Shown here piece by piece: positions 17,532-31,722 of a stretch of 64,000 nucleotides of DNA. The stretch is from the human T2T-CHM13v2.0 reference genome, Homo sapiens. Both the position numbers and the translations under genes were made by a program. Positions within the stretch are counted from its first letter, which is position 1, and every line of letters starts with the position of its first letter. Under the pieces are notes generated by a model. It did not search any database. It worked only from the letters and a program-made list of their open reading frames with translations, and was not told the origin of the DNA. The stretch is from NCBI RefSeq assembly GCF_009914755.1, contig NC_060942.1. One strand, written 5' to 3'.

Positions 17532-17735
17532 CAAAGGTTGGTATATGTCTTCTATAAAGAACCAGGTAGTAAATATTTTAAGTTTTGTGGGTCCCAATAT
17601 AGTTTCTGTAACATATTCTTCTTCTTTTTTTTTAAACAACCCTTTAAAAATGTAAAAAACATACGTATTTCACAGGCTGTACAAAGGCAAGCTGTGGGCT
17701 GCATTTGCCTGATGGGTCCCACTTAGTTGACCTTC
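17532..17735. mobile_element. MER58B/C-like element
   Basis: tctataaagaaccaggtagtaaatattttaag...aacaaccctttaaaaatgtaaaaa. Confidence 0.65.
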
Positions 17736-18531
17736 ACACCAGATCTTTGAAACTGATAAATCATAATTACAGTCCCAGCCTGACAGTTCCAACATCTGAG
17801 TCATCACTGAGTCTGGGTCTGTTGCCACCATTACATTTTTCTTGCCTTTTTATGTCTCATAATGCTTGGCTGAATGTTAGACATCATGTGTAGAACTGTA
17901 GAGACTGACAGAAATACTATTTATGATAAATTAGGGCACATCTCTTCTTAGGTCAGGCTTGGAGGTTGAGCTGATTCACTCAGAAGGTGAGCTAAATTTG
18001 AGTTTTGCTGTTGCTGTGGCTACCTTCAGTGTACCACATCCTCTAATGATGCCTTGTGCTTTGCTGGGATCTGAAGTGCCACAGGTTTTTCAACGTTCAT
18101 GCTCCACGTTCTGCTTTCAGTGAGTTCTGCATACCTGGGTCCCAGAGCAGGGTGTGTATCCATGCCCTTGATCTTTCCCAGCAGCAGATGCTGCTGCTTG
18201 TTACTCAGTACTTGCTAGGCTGGTGGCAGAAGGTAGGGGATTCTCTACGTGCTGTCCTAAGACCTCAGTCTTAAATGGGGCTCTCTATGCCTGGGCCTAG
18301 GGCATAAGGCTTTCTTAGCTTTCTCTTCCCTTTCTTCCGATGGCAGCCAGACTTTGCCCTGTATCTGTGATGAGTTGTTGGTAGGATACCTCTAATGGTA
18401 CTCTTATAGAACCCTGGGGCTGCGACAGTTTCCTGCCCTTTACCCAGAAGTAGAGAGTTTTTTTGTTTTATCTTTTACGTGCAATAATGGGTCTCTACCT
18501 ATGCCCCGAGGGCAACAAGGTTTGGTGCCTG

Positions 18532-18600
18532 CCTCTGCACCCGCCTCCTCTCCGCACCCCCCTCCTCTCCGCACCCCCCTCCCCTCCGCACCCCCACCCC
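18532..18600. repeat. C-rich minisatellite, about 4 copies of a ~16-bp unit (cctctccgcacccccct)
   Basis: Seen directly. Confidence 0.85.
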
Positions 18601-21097
18601 TGCCAGCAATCTAAGGCTTTTGCACCATATGAAAGAAAGGTCTGGCAGGGGAATGATGCTACGCATTTTTCTATTGGTACATCACCTTGGGAGGCTCTCT
18701 GGCTTCCTGCTGTGCCCCCAGTCTCAGTGGAAAACAGCCTGTGAGTGCAAATTCCTCTGGTGCTTGGGTCTCCTGGGTGTTCTGTAATGTCATGCTACTC
18801 CACACTCAACCTTTAGCAAGTTATTAAAATTGCATCTGATTTCTTTTTACCCACTTGTATGGTGGCTACCTACCCCTGTGCTCTGCCACAGGTGATCCAG
18901 TCCTGGTGTCTCACCTCAACTTGAGGGGTGGGTGGGCCGATGACCCCTCCTTGGGATCTAGACTATTTGGTTGTCCTGTGACCTCAGCTCATTGATAGGT
19001 TCAAGAAAAGTTATGATTTTGTAGTTTACCTCTTTTTCTCTTTGTTAGGGTAGAACTCTTCCTAGCTTTCTATATCCTAAGCAGAAGTCCACTGTAGGGA
19101 ATTTATTTTTTAGTAGTAAATTTACTGAGGTACAATTTCATACAATAAAATAAACATACTCATTTTAATGGTACAGTTCAACCAGTTTTGACAAATATGC
19201 ATACCCTGTAACCATCTGCCCCTCATTATCACAGAATGTTCACTCCACCTTCCCAGCCAGTTCCCCATAACTCCGTCCCACCCACTATTCTCTGTGCCTA
19301 GAGTGCTCTGTCCCCAGATAGCTGCATAGCTCACTCTCTACCTGCTTCAAGTTTTGGCTCAAACGCACCTGATTACATTCTTTAAATCTGCAATCTCCTA
19401 CCGGTATTCTAACGAGCTCTCATTATTCTCCTTTCTTACTCTTTTTTTTTTCCTTAAGCAACTGGGTAGATATTGATGTCATATATTGGGATAAGAAAGA
19501 CTATAGAAGAAAATATTTTATATTGCATTGGTTTTTGCAGAAAATCAAGAATTATGATTTAACCTTGTTTAACAATTGTGGGACTGTCAAGTCAGTAGCC
19601 TAAAGTGCTAGTTTAGAGCTTGATAAGGATGGTCAGGTCTGGAAATACACAAGATCTAATGTCCAGAGATAACAAGATTTCTTGCCTGTACCTTACTATA
19701 CAATGGTTATAGTTCATTGCATCTGTCCTCTACTCATATTCAGCCATTTCTTAGGTAACCAGACAATTTATTTTATGTTCTCTCTTGTTTGGTGTCATAT
19801 TCTACCTTGTCTTGCTGCTTAATTCAGCCTGATCATATCACCTTATGTTTTAGATGGGCGAGATAGGCACCAGTGTGTAATAAAAATGTAGGCACTTGAA
19901 AAACATCTATCTAATTCCTTCTGCAGACGTTAAAAGTGCTCCAAGGTTAGCCACTTCTGTCTTCTGAGATACTGAGTGCTGCTAAATGTCTTAACCAAAA
20001 ATAATCAACTCTCAACTCCCTGCCCACTAAAAATAACAGTAGATTCGTCTCCTCCACCAACTTTTTTCTTCTACAGTCTTTCACAGAGTTAACTTCTGAA
20101 GGTTAACTCTATGAAAGAAGAAAGTAGCAAAAGCTTGTTTAAGCCAAAATTTCAGGGATCTTTGGGGGATAGATGGGGAAGGTAAAGTACTGAAAAAGGC
20201 ACACAGTAGAGATGTTATTTATATCTTTATCACAGCATCTTTTCAAAATATGTAAAAGGAGTTTAAAATGTTTTTTAAATGAATTTCCAGTGTGCCCAGC
20301 ACTATTTTGGATGATAGTATTCAACAAAAAGTTGTTGGAAAACCTGCTCATTTGGAATCTTAATTAGGTTTATCCAAGTGAATGCTGAAAACACGGGATT
20401 TAATAGAATGAGAACCTGGATTCAGGGCCTGGTTGACTGACTTGCTAGCTAAGTGATCTCAAGCCTACTATTTCCCTTCTCTAGCCCTGCTCTCCCTTCC
20501 TCCTAGGGATGGCGAAAGGGCCAATGACATAAAGCCCCCTGCAATAACATGTGATAACTATCCAAGACAATGATCCTTAGGCAGGAATGTATATTAATAG
20601 CATCTGAGAAACCTCTCAGCATCTTTATTTTCTTATCTGTAAAGTGGGATAATAATCCTAGCTCACATGGATTAAGAATGGTAAAAGAGGTCATATACAT
20701 GAGGCACTCAAGCTTCATTCCCATCATTTAGAAGGTGTACTTAAAAATGTTTAGGCATTTGTTTATGTGGTTTTAAGAACTGCATAACAGCATATAGTCA
20801 AATGTTTAGCCTGAGAATGCAGTTTTCACTGCATACAGGTGAAGTGTAAATAAGTGGCTCATTATTCCGACAATGACAGAAAAGTGAGCACTGGGTATAA
20901 GTCCAACTTAACATCCTGCTTTTACTTCTATATGGTTCTATACTGTGTACTTACAGTGAGGTCCTTTCTACTTCCTCACCTCCACTCTGCTTTTCACTTC
21001 TTCCAAAGGAGAATGTGTTTCAAATGGATGTAGTTTAAATTCTTTGCATGGTTCTGTGTGTCCTGATTAAAAAAAATTAATATGGTCTTTCAGAGAC

Positions 21098-21228
21098 TTT
21101 TTTTTTCTTTTTCTTTCGTGTGTGTGTGTGTGTGTGTTTAAGAGATGGTCTTGAATTTCTGGGCTCAAGAGATTCTCCTGACTCAGTCTCCTGAGCAGCT
21201 GGGATAACAGTGTACCACCACGCCTGGC
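21098..21228 (-). mobile_element. Alu monomer (FLAM/AluJ-like) with a (TG)n tail
   Basis: tggtcttgaatttctgggctcaagagattctcc...ccacgcctggc. Confidence 0.7.
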
Positions 21229-21399
21229 TCTCAGAGACATTTTTAAGGATATCAATTGCCTGGTTACTAAGAACGTTCCTCATTGCACCACTGATGGAAT
21301 AAAGACTGATTTGACATTATTAGAACTGATTTTGAAAGAGAAAGTAATTAGGTTTGTGGATATGATCAGATGGTTTCATAGGCAACTGTGGGAGCATTT

Positions 21400-21660
21400 A
21401 GTGAATGTGTATAGTGGTTAGGCAGAATTATTACAAACAAAGGCCTTATCATCAAACTCTGGGTTTAAGTTCTCGCTGTATCACTTGCTGAATGTGTGAC
21501 AGTAAACAAGTTAATTAATCTTTCTAACTTGGTTTCTTTATCTGTAAATTGAGGGCTAAAATGAAATATACCTCATGGTTTATTTTTTAATGAGGATTAA
21601 GTAAGTTATTGCACGTAAGTGCTTAGCAAGTATGCAATAAAAGCTAGTGATGATTAGAAA
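21400..21660 (+). mobile_element. MIR SINE
   Basis: tgtgtgac...caagttaattaatc...tttctttatctgtaaa...tgaggattaa...gtaagtgcttagca. Confidence 0.7.
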
Positions 21661-24320
21661 AGAAGCAAATGGCTTTTGATGTGGTTTAAATAAAATGTTA
21701 AAGCTAAATACTCCAAATGATGTGTAATATTGCAGCTACTGCAGCTATGACCACAGGGAAAAAAAAAAATCTCTGGTTTAGTCTTTTGTCAGGAATACAA
21801 AGAAAATATTGCCTATCACAATGAAAGGTACTGGGAATTAGAGATTATTTCTCTCCCATTTACTGCAGGTGTATATTAGCAGACATACATAGTCCATAGT
21901 TCAGGTGACTATCTTTAAACATTTTTTTAAAGGAAAAAAGAAAGATAGGAAGGAATGAAAAAAGAAATTGGAATGAGGGAGGTCCAGAGAAAGGTAAAAG
22001 TTAGAACAGATGGGATAGAGGACTGCCACAAGGGCAGACTGAAATGAATGGGATGACACAGTTTAGAAACATGAAGACTGAAAATGGACATGTTGGATAT
22101 TTCTAGAATGTAAAGATCTGAATAAATCTTGGAAAACCAGGAATATCTCCTGGAGCTTGAAAGAGATACATTAATAAACAAATGTAAGAAAATACTATTT
22201 TAATATTACAGTGCCCATTCTTGGGTGATATTCTTAGACGAAATATTAGACATCAAGAGTCTCAAGACTATAAAAGGCCACACTTTGCATCAGATTAATT
22301 TTAAAAAGATAGAAGGATAGGAAAAGCAGCATGCCAACAGCATAGTCTCACAGGTTTTTGTTTTCCTTGGGAATCCTTATAGCAGTTTTTGGGCTAGTCT
22401 TTGACCCTTCAAATGACAGCTCAGATGCAAGAGAATGAGACTACTGTAGGTAGATGCAATAGCCACCCTACCTTAGAAACCATGTCTCAAATAGAAACCA
22501 ATATCCTTGTGACAGTCTCAGCTTCTACGTCCTTGTAAAGGACATGCCCAGTTATAAGAATTCTCTCATTTGGAGAAGCCCAAAGTGATGGCTTCTCATC
22601 AAGTATTTGTAGTTCATTCGTAGTCCTCCAAGTAATGACTCAGCTTACCAATCAAATGTCATTTTATCACATCATCATTTTATCATAGCAGTGTTGCTTG
22701 GTAACACAACTGACATTCTACCTCCATTAGATTTCTAGAGAACTGAGCTAGAAGCATCTTAACCCAAGGCCAATTTCTCATGTAAAAGGGGAAAGAGTTT
22801 TGTGAAACCTTTACCCACAAGCATAATGAGTCTTAAACTCAGTATTTTACCTCCAAAAATACTACTGGGAAGAAATAGAAATGAATTTGGACAAATTCAT
22901 GAATAACATGGTTAGAAAAAGCTTTTCAGAAGTAAGTAAACAGCTAGCCTATAAAGTTGCCTTCATACAGAGAACGATTTCTACTGAATGTTATAATCCT
23001 TAAGACTGCTTGCAGGAATAACTGTTAAGAGGAATGGATAAAGGCCCTGCTTGAGTTCCAGATAGTTTCTTTGAGAGCTGAGATGACAGCAGGGATGGCA
23101 TTCTCCCATGAGATACCCCTCAGCCCCCATGGACTCTTTACTTTCCTTAATAACTGGTACTTTTGCATTATCATCTTCTATCAAAGCATAAAACTAACAG
23201 GAATTCTTAGACTATAAACCACAATTTACCATGTTGTCAAAAATAATCTATCCCATAAAAGAAGACGGAGTTAACTCGTGATAGGTGTTCCTTAGGCAAA
23301 ACTTTGTTTCATAATCTTATTAACACTGACACTTCTCAATTTTAAAGAGATCTTATTAACACCAATACTTCTTAATTAAAACTCAGAGTTAACAAGAAGG
23401 ACATGTGGCCAGAGATGAAATAATCGAGAAGTTGCTAAGGATGCTCTCACACACATCCTAAATATCAGTGAAGCTACATGGAGTCCTGGTTCATAAAGAT
23501 TTCCCTTAAAATGTCAAAGTTTGATTCTTAAAATAAACATCCTTGTGTGAAATGGTGTTTCTGCTTTATCTTGATTGCACTGATGGCAACTATACCCAAA
23601 TTCCCCGATTCTGTTAATGATACCTAAATGATGTCGATATAAGTTTAGGAAAGTGACAAGAGTGTCCATGGCAAAATATTTTGCTATAGCTGCAACCGTT
23701 AGGTATATAGTTGAAGCAGCTTAACGAAAGCCAATGAAATTAAGCTGACAGAAGAGTTTTAATATTAATTTCTGTTTACCAGCAATCATGAAAAAGCCAT
23801 GAAAATCAATGAATGGATTTGCAACAGTATACTCAACTGTAGGTTAAACTCACATTTAATTGTGTAGATTCCAGAGTATCCAGCAGTTAATACATCCTAT
23901 GTGTTTCATATCTTTATTAGCCATTTAGAGTTCCTCTTTTGGGAGTGCCTGTTCGATTCTTGTTAGTTTTTCTATTGAGTTATTTATCTATTATTAATAT
24001 ATATTTTATTGTTATATTCTAGATTCTAGACTTTTCTTGGTTGTATGTTGCAAATATCCAATCTCTAACACAGCTACAAACTTTTTAACAGAACTCTAAA
24101 ACTCCTCTCTAAATAGTCAAACAGATCAAGTAACATTCTCAAATCTGCTCTTTCTATGGAGACCTGCTACCTGCCACACCCACTGTGCACTGGTTCTACA
24201 CACTACAGTGTATTCTTGGGAACTGCCTTCAGTGCTCTCCTTTGGTTAAGCCTGGCTCCTTTGTCTTCGTCTTTCTTTGTTTACTACTTTGTGTTGATGG
24301 AACATATATTATAGTAGCTT

Positions 24321-24678
<358 letters not shown>

Positions 24679-25189
24679 TGAAAATAAAGATATCTTTTGA
24701 CAGTAAAAACTAGTAAAATTCCAGCTTTAAAACCATATCAAAAATATAATTTTAAAATTTGAGATAAGACTTATTTATAAACTTTTCATTCATTATGAAT
24801 TGATATAAAATACTGGAAATAAATGAGCAAAAATGGGATAATAGTTATATATATTTTAGGACACAAACATGGGCTAGATAGAAATTAAAATGTGAGACTT
24901 TCAAAGAATTGATAATACCACAGAAAAATGCTCATGGTCTAAGTGTAAAGTAAAAAAGTCAGAATAAAAAACTGTATGAAGTATGACTTCAATTGTATTA
25001 AATATGTATGTGTGTGTATATACAACACACACACAGATTACCACAACTATTATAGTAAAATAGACTGCAAATACAGTTAATGTTGAAAGAAGAAACTCTT
25101 ACTATTATAGTTCTTACCAAGGCTTATTAAACATTCTCTGCTTTAATACTTAAAAAAGAATCATAATAAATGTCTTCATTTACACTCAC

Positions 25190-25372
25190 CAGATCAATAT
25201 TTTGCATTATATCCTGAAATGAAGGATGAGTTCGAAATTGTTCAAAGAGATCGCGTTTGTAAAGCAGGGCGTATACCAAGTTTGGGTTGTGGTGAAGGGA
25301 ATTTGTCAGGCAGGAGTTGATGATCTCTAACATCATTCGAATCACTTCTTCAATGACATTTAGGTCTTGTGC
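25190..25372 (-). CDS. DYM: Dymeclin internal coding exon (183 bp, phase 0/0): [61 protein letters not shown]
   Basis: Recognised dymeclin sequence. Polypyrimidine tract and acceptor gtttcttttctctataag|GCA; donor CTG|gtgagt; open frame throughout. Confidence 0.96.
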
Positions 25373-26250
25373 CTTATAGAGAAAAGAAACCCCAACACAG
25401 AGTCAGTCTTTTCCTCCTTGCAACAGAATTAATGAAAATAAGAGTAATTCCCTCAAAATTATAACAGCATTGGAAAGATCATGAAGAGAAGAAGCTCATC
25501 AAGATTATTTCTGTCAAGAATCTTAAGAATGAGGTTTATCAGTTACTAAAGGATTTGGGTTAAAATCTTTTGAACTTAGTATGGTAATAATTAGGAATTT
25601 CATATAATAAATTATAGACTTACCAATCTAGAGGGAAATTTGGAGCTTACTCAGCTCCTCATTTAATAGATCCATATTGGTATTCTCATTATCGTATTAC
25701 CCTAAATCGTTAAGACTTCCATGATGTAGAGTAGTGGTAGGGTTGTACCCATTCCAAGAAAAATGCCTAATTCAGAAGATGACTTCATTTCTCTACACTG
25801 TCATTTCAGTCTTTATATTTCAGATAAACAGACTATGATTTTGTCACTGTTTCCTCATAATGAATAGTCTTTGGGAATCTGAACATAAAATAGTTGCCAA
25901 ACAGTAAAGCTCAAAGTAAGCAATCAGCAAACCTCTTGGAAGAAAAGGGCAATGGAAAGAGCAAGCACATGGGTATATACAACAGACTTTCCTCTCCTCT
26001 TCAGTTTTCCATAATATATTTGACAGTTGAAGCAAAAATTATAACATTGATGTGGTTCTCAATGTATGTAAAGGAATATCTAAAACAATTATCAACAAAG
26101 GTGGTTAAGGGATTTAAAAGGACAAAGGTTTCTACAACTCACTTGAACTGGTAAAATATCAACACTACTAGACTGCGATAAGCTATGTACATATAATGTA
26201 ATGTCTAGAGCAAATCTGCCTGAGGAAAAAAAAATACTATAGATATATCA

Positions 26251-26583
<333 letters not shown>

Positions 26584-26872
26584 TCAAAATGGGATTCTAA
26601 AAAAATTTCCATACAGGAAGGCAGAAAAAATGCAAATGAAAAAGGGAAACCAACTAAAAACAGAAAGTAAAATGGTAGTTACACATTAATAACTACATTA
26701 ATTGCAAATAGTCCACAATAGTTAAAATCTGAGGATTGGCAGAGTGGATTAAAAGCACACCACCCAACTATATGCTATCTATGAGAAACTTCTAATATAG
26801 TTAGGTTGAAAGTAAAAGGATGGAAAAAGATACCTACACAAACGTAAGTCAAAAGAAAGCAGGAGTGGCTAT

Positions 26873-27112
26873 ACAGTATACCATACCTTTAAGGGATTGG
26901 TTCCAGGACATCCCCCTGCCTCGGAAATACCAAAAATCTGCAGATGCTCAAGTCCCTTATACAAAGTGGCATACTACAGTTGCTCACTCCATCCACAGAT
27001 TTTTTAAATCTGTGGATGTGGAATCTGAGGATATGAAGGGCCAACTGTATGTACTTTCAATCTGCGTTGGTTGAATCTGTGCATGTGTCACTCAAAATAT
27101 GGAGGACTGACT
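26873..27112. mobile_element. MER2-type (TcMar-Tigger) element
   Basis: gggattggttccaggac...taccaaaaatctgcagatgctcaagtcccttata. Confidence 0.8.
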
Positions 27113-27267
27113 TATATTAGTATCAGGTAAAGTAGACTTCAGAGACTATCTGGCCTACAAAATAAAAAATATTGACTATCTGGCTCTTTACAGAAAAAGT
27201 TTACTTCCCCTGCTTAAGAGATGAAAAGGTATGCCTATTTCCATACAATTTACCTCTGTCTTTCTTA

Positions 27268-27424
27268 ATTTTTTTTTGACTCAGGGTCTCACTCTGTCAC
27301 CTAGGCTGGAGTGCAGTGGTGCAACCCTAGCTCACTGCAGCCTTGAATTCCTGGATTCAAGCAATTCTCCCATCTAAGCCTCCCAAAGTGCTGGGATTTT
27401 ATAGGTGAGCCACTGAACCCAGCC
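27268..27424 (-). mobile_element. Alu monomer or internally deleted AluJ
   Basis: cagggtctcactctgtcacctaggctggagtgcagtgg joined to cctcccaaagtgctggga. Confidence 0.8.
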
Positions 27425-28861
27425 TCTGCCTCTGTTTTCTTAAATACAATGTCTAACATTCAACTGAAATGTATGAAACACACAAAAAAGTAAGTAAAAG
27501 AATCCATGTTGAACAAAGTCATCAGCAGAATATGACACAGAGATAAAACATTCTGAAAATATCAAAGAGGGAATATAAAAGAACTGTGATCTACAAAATT
27601 TGTTTGAATTGATTGGGAATTTCAGCAGAGTTAAAAACTATAAGAAAGAGACAAATGGTAATGCTAGAAATTTTGTAAAATGTGGTGACTGCAGTGAAGA
27701 ATGCCTTAAATAGGTTTCAATAATAGACTGGACAGAGCTTGGGAATGAATTGCAAACTTGAAGGCAGGTTAACAGAAATTGCACAAACTAACCCTACAAA
27801 GAGAAAAAAAGAGTAAGAAAACAAGACAGAGAATCCAACAAGGGCTGTAAAATAATAAGAAATGCATTAATATACATCTAATTGACTCCCAGAAGGAAAA
27901 GAGAGAAAGAATGGGACAAAAGAGATATTCAAAGAGATAATGACTGAGCATTTCCTATAAATAATGAAAAAAAATCAAACAGATTCAAGCACGTCAGAAA
28001 ATACCCATGGTCACTCCACCCCCAAACAAAAACCAAAAGAACCCATGTACTTAGATCCATCAAATTCAAATTATTAAAGACCAAGACAAAGAGAAAATCT
28101 TGAGGACAGCTAAAACCAAAACAAAACAAAAAAACCCACACACATTAAATACAGAGGCACAAAGATAAGAATCACAGCTGACTTAGGAGAACCGATGCAG
28201 TCCAACCTAAATGTAGTGGCATCATTAAAGCACTGAAATAACAGCCAAGTATCCTATACACAGCAAAAATATCTTTCAAATATGAAGGTCAAAAAAAGAC
28301 TTTTTCAGATAAAAATAAGTTGAGATAATTTATTACCTGCACTATACAAAATATTAAAGGTATTTCTTCAGGCAGAAGAAATATGAAGCCAGACAGAAAT
28401 GTAGATGTCCACAAGGGAAGCGAGATATTTTTATTTTTAATCATTCTAAAAGAGAGCTGACTTATAAAGTAAAAATAGTAGAGATGTATTATAGGTTTAT
28501 AGCATATATATGTAAAACATGTAAAATATATCATAACATTCTGCTGATGGACATCCAATATATATCTAGTTTCCTTGTTTCTATGAATAAGGCTGATAAG
28601 TCTCCTGGTAGATGTGTTATATATGGGTACTTTTACGTCTCTGGGATAGATTCCAGGAGAGGGATTGCTGAAAAGGCTGTATTTGTAAAGTTAATAGATG
28701 CCATCAGATTGTTTACGGTGATGACAATACACTTAAACTAGCAATGTAGGAAGGCCTTCTACCATTTTCTCACCAACAGCAGGTATACTTGTTCTTTTTA
28801 AAACTCACTACCTGAAAGATACAGAGAAATACACTGTTACTACCTTAGTGACCATCTCCCT

Positions 28862-29207
28862 GAATGGGAGTGCAAACCCTCTTGTGAACTGCACGTGTGA
28901 GGGATCTGGGTTGCACACTCCTTACAGGAATCTAATGCCTGATGATCTGAGGTGGAACTGAGGAGGTGATGCTAATGCTGGGGAGCAGCTGCAAATACAG
29001 ATTAACAAGCTCAGTGCTCCCCTCGTTTCTACATTATAGTGAGTTGTATAATTATTTCATTATATATTACAATGTAATAATAATAGAAACAAAGTGCACA
29101 ATAAATGTTATGCACTTGAATCATCCTGAAACCACCAACCAGTCCATGGAAAAACTGTCTTCCACAAAACCGGGTCCCTGGTGCCAAAAAGGCTGGGGAC
29201 CGCTGCT
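28862..29207 (+). mobile_element. MER1/Charlie3-derived hAT element, 5' part missing
   Basis: gaatctaatgcctgatgatctgaggtggaac...gtccctggtgccaaaaaggctggggaccgctg terminal inverted repeat. Confidence 0.85.
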
Positions 29208-30668
29208 TTATATTCTTCAGCATCACAACCACAAGTCTAGGTATTGGCTTATTTTTATTCATCTTGCTCAGTATATTCGGAGTGCATTTTGACCTGACAA
29301 CCTAGTCTCTTCCATAAAGATAACTTGGATAATCTTTTCTAATTATTATCTTCCAATTTATTAACTCTCTTTGATAGTGTCCAGTATAGATCACTGTTGC
29401 TTACTGAGCTTTGAATTTTAATGACTATATTTTTCATTTTAAGCTTTCTAGTTAACTAGTTCTCTCTCACAGTCATGTTCTTACTTATTTCTGTTTTTAT
29501 TTCCTATTTATTCTTTTTTATGAATATTGTTCCTTCATTTATCTTTGAGGCTACTCAAAGTATTTTCAAAATTATTCTATTAGTTTTTAATTTTATTTGG
29601 ATAAATTTACCTTAATTATGATCATGACTGCTATCTTTCTATTGTTAATTTCCGCATGTATTTTGTTATGCAAGCTTATCTAATATGGCTTAATACTTCC
29701 AAATCTATAGGTTATGTGGTGGCTTCCTAGAGTCTCAGACTGAAACCAGGTCTCATAATTGGTGCCTCGGTGCTCCTGCCCTGCAATCATACTAAAGACA
29801 GTACTGGCCGGGTTTATCACCATACCAGTATCAGTTTGTTTCAAGATCCCATGGTGAGGCTGTTTCTGTGTACTCTTGCCTCCCTAGACATATAATTTAA
29901 CTGTTATTATTAGCACATTCATTCAGGCTCTTTATTTCAATAAAGCATCTATTCCAGCTCCTAATTTCTAGCAGGGAATCTGGCACTAGTGTCTGGCCTA
30001 CAGTAGCTGAGCTCCCAACCACTTCTCCTCCTTCCAGCTCAGCAGGCTCACTGTTCTGACTGCTTTTTCTGCTTCTGTTCCATCAAGAAATAGCTGTCTC
30101 ATTTTGGGATTTGGCTATGTGTTTAAAATGTTTTCTTTTTATGATTCATCTATTATTGTTATGTTTTTGAAGCAAAGGGGAGGAGATGAGACTTCAAATT
30201 TGGAACTAACAAGATAATCTTGACCAGAAGTCCTCTGAATTATATTTGCTTCTCATTTTGGTATTTGAATTAGTATAGAAGGAAGAGACTTCAAGCTTCA
30301 GAATTCTCTCTCACGGTCATTTAAGGGCAACCCAATGAAATGGTATGACTACTTTAGAAATATAATCAAGTCAAAATATTAGCTTTCTGTAGAATTTTAT
30401 GTTCATGTATATTTTATACACTCACTTATGCTAAGTATAAGTGCTGATATATGAAACTTATACTTCAAAAATTATCTGCAGATAGCTTACAATTTCTGCT
30501 TTCAAACACATTTAGAGTTTGTTCTCAATGTTTAAATAAGTAATTTGCTGAAACAAACAGGGTGATACACCCAACTCCTAACTAGGCACCTGCTACTTTA
30601 AACCCAGGCTAAAATACTGACTATTTATTTTATTCCCAAGTCAGGGAAAGTATAAAATAGAAACTTGA

Positions 30669-30975
<307 letters not shown>

Positions 30976-31422
30976 TTATATTAATAAGCATGTTCTACAT
31001 TAGTTTTTACTTTGCATGACTCTGACTAAAGGCTCTTTAAGAGTTACACTAACCCTCTTATTTTTAGAGTTATTGGGTATTTTACCAAACTTCTCTTACA
31101 TTGTTTCTGTGACAAATTCTAATGTGATCTTTTATAGATTATATTCAGTTGCAGATTTATAAATTAAATGACAAGAACATATCATTTCTAGCATTACTCA
31201 AATTGGCTAACAATATACTGTGGGAGGTTACAGCAAACACATTTTACATGATATTGTATTTGGCTGGACTGCCATGCTAGAAAGAATCTTCTGTATTTTA
31301 ATGTACAACTATTTTGAAAAACAAAAATGAATAACATAATTCAGAAATAAGTTTGAAGAGTGGCTAATTATAATTTTCTGTCAATATTTACTTTAATATG
31401 TAACACTCTAAATAAGTTATTA

Positions 31423-31722
31423 GGCCAGGCACGGTGGCTCACGCCTGTAATCCCAGCACTTTGGGAGGCTGAGGCAGGCGGATCACGAGGTCAAGAGATC
31501 GAGACCATCCTGGCTCACATGGTGAAACCTCGCCTCTACTAAATATACAAAAAAAGTAGCTGGGTGTGGTGGCACACACCTGTAATCCCAGCTACTCAGG
31601 AGGCTGAGGCAGGAGAATCACTTGAACCCAGCAGGCGGAGGTTGCAGTGAGCCGAGATTGCCTACTGCACTCCAGCCTGGGTGACAGAGTGAGACTCTGT
31701 CTCAAAGGTAAATAAATAAATA
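31423..31722 (+). mobile_element. AluSc-like
   Basis: ggatcacgaggtcaagagatcgagaccatcctggc; TSD about aagttatta. Confidence 0.92.

Larger units (their letters stand above)
14981..19090 (-). mobile_element. Old L1M (L1MC/MD-like): endonuclease region, ORF1 and 5' region, interrupted by an LTR and MER58 elements
   Basis: Degenerate antisense L1 motifs, e.g. tgggtttcttatagacagcacatagttaggtcttgctttttatccaatctg and ggaaaattctcagctattatctctttaaatatttcttctg. Confidence 0.7.
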
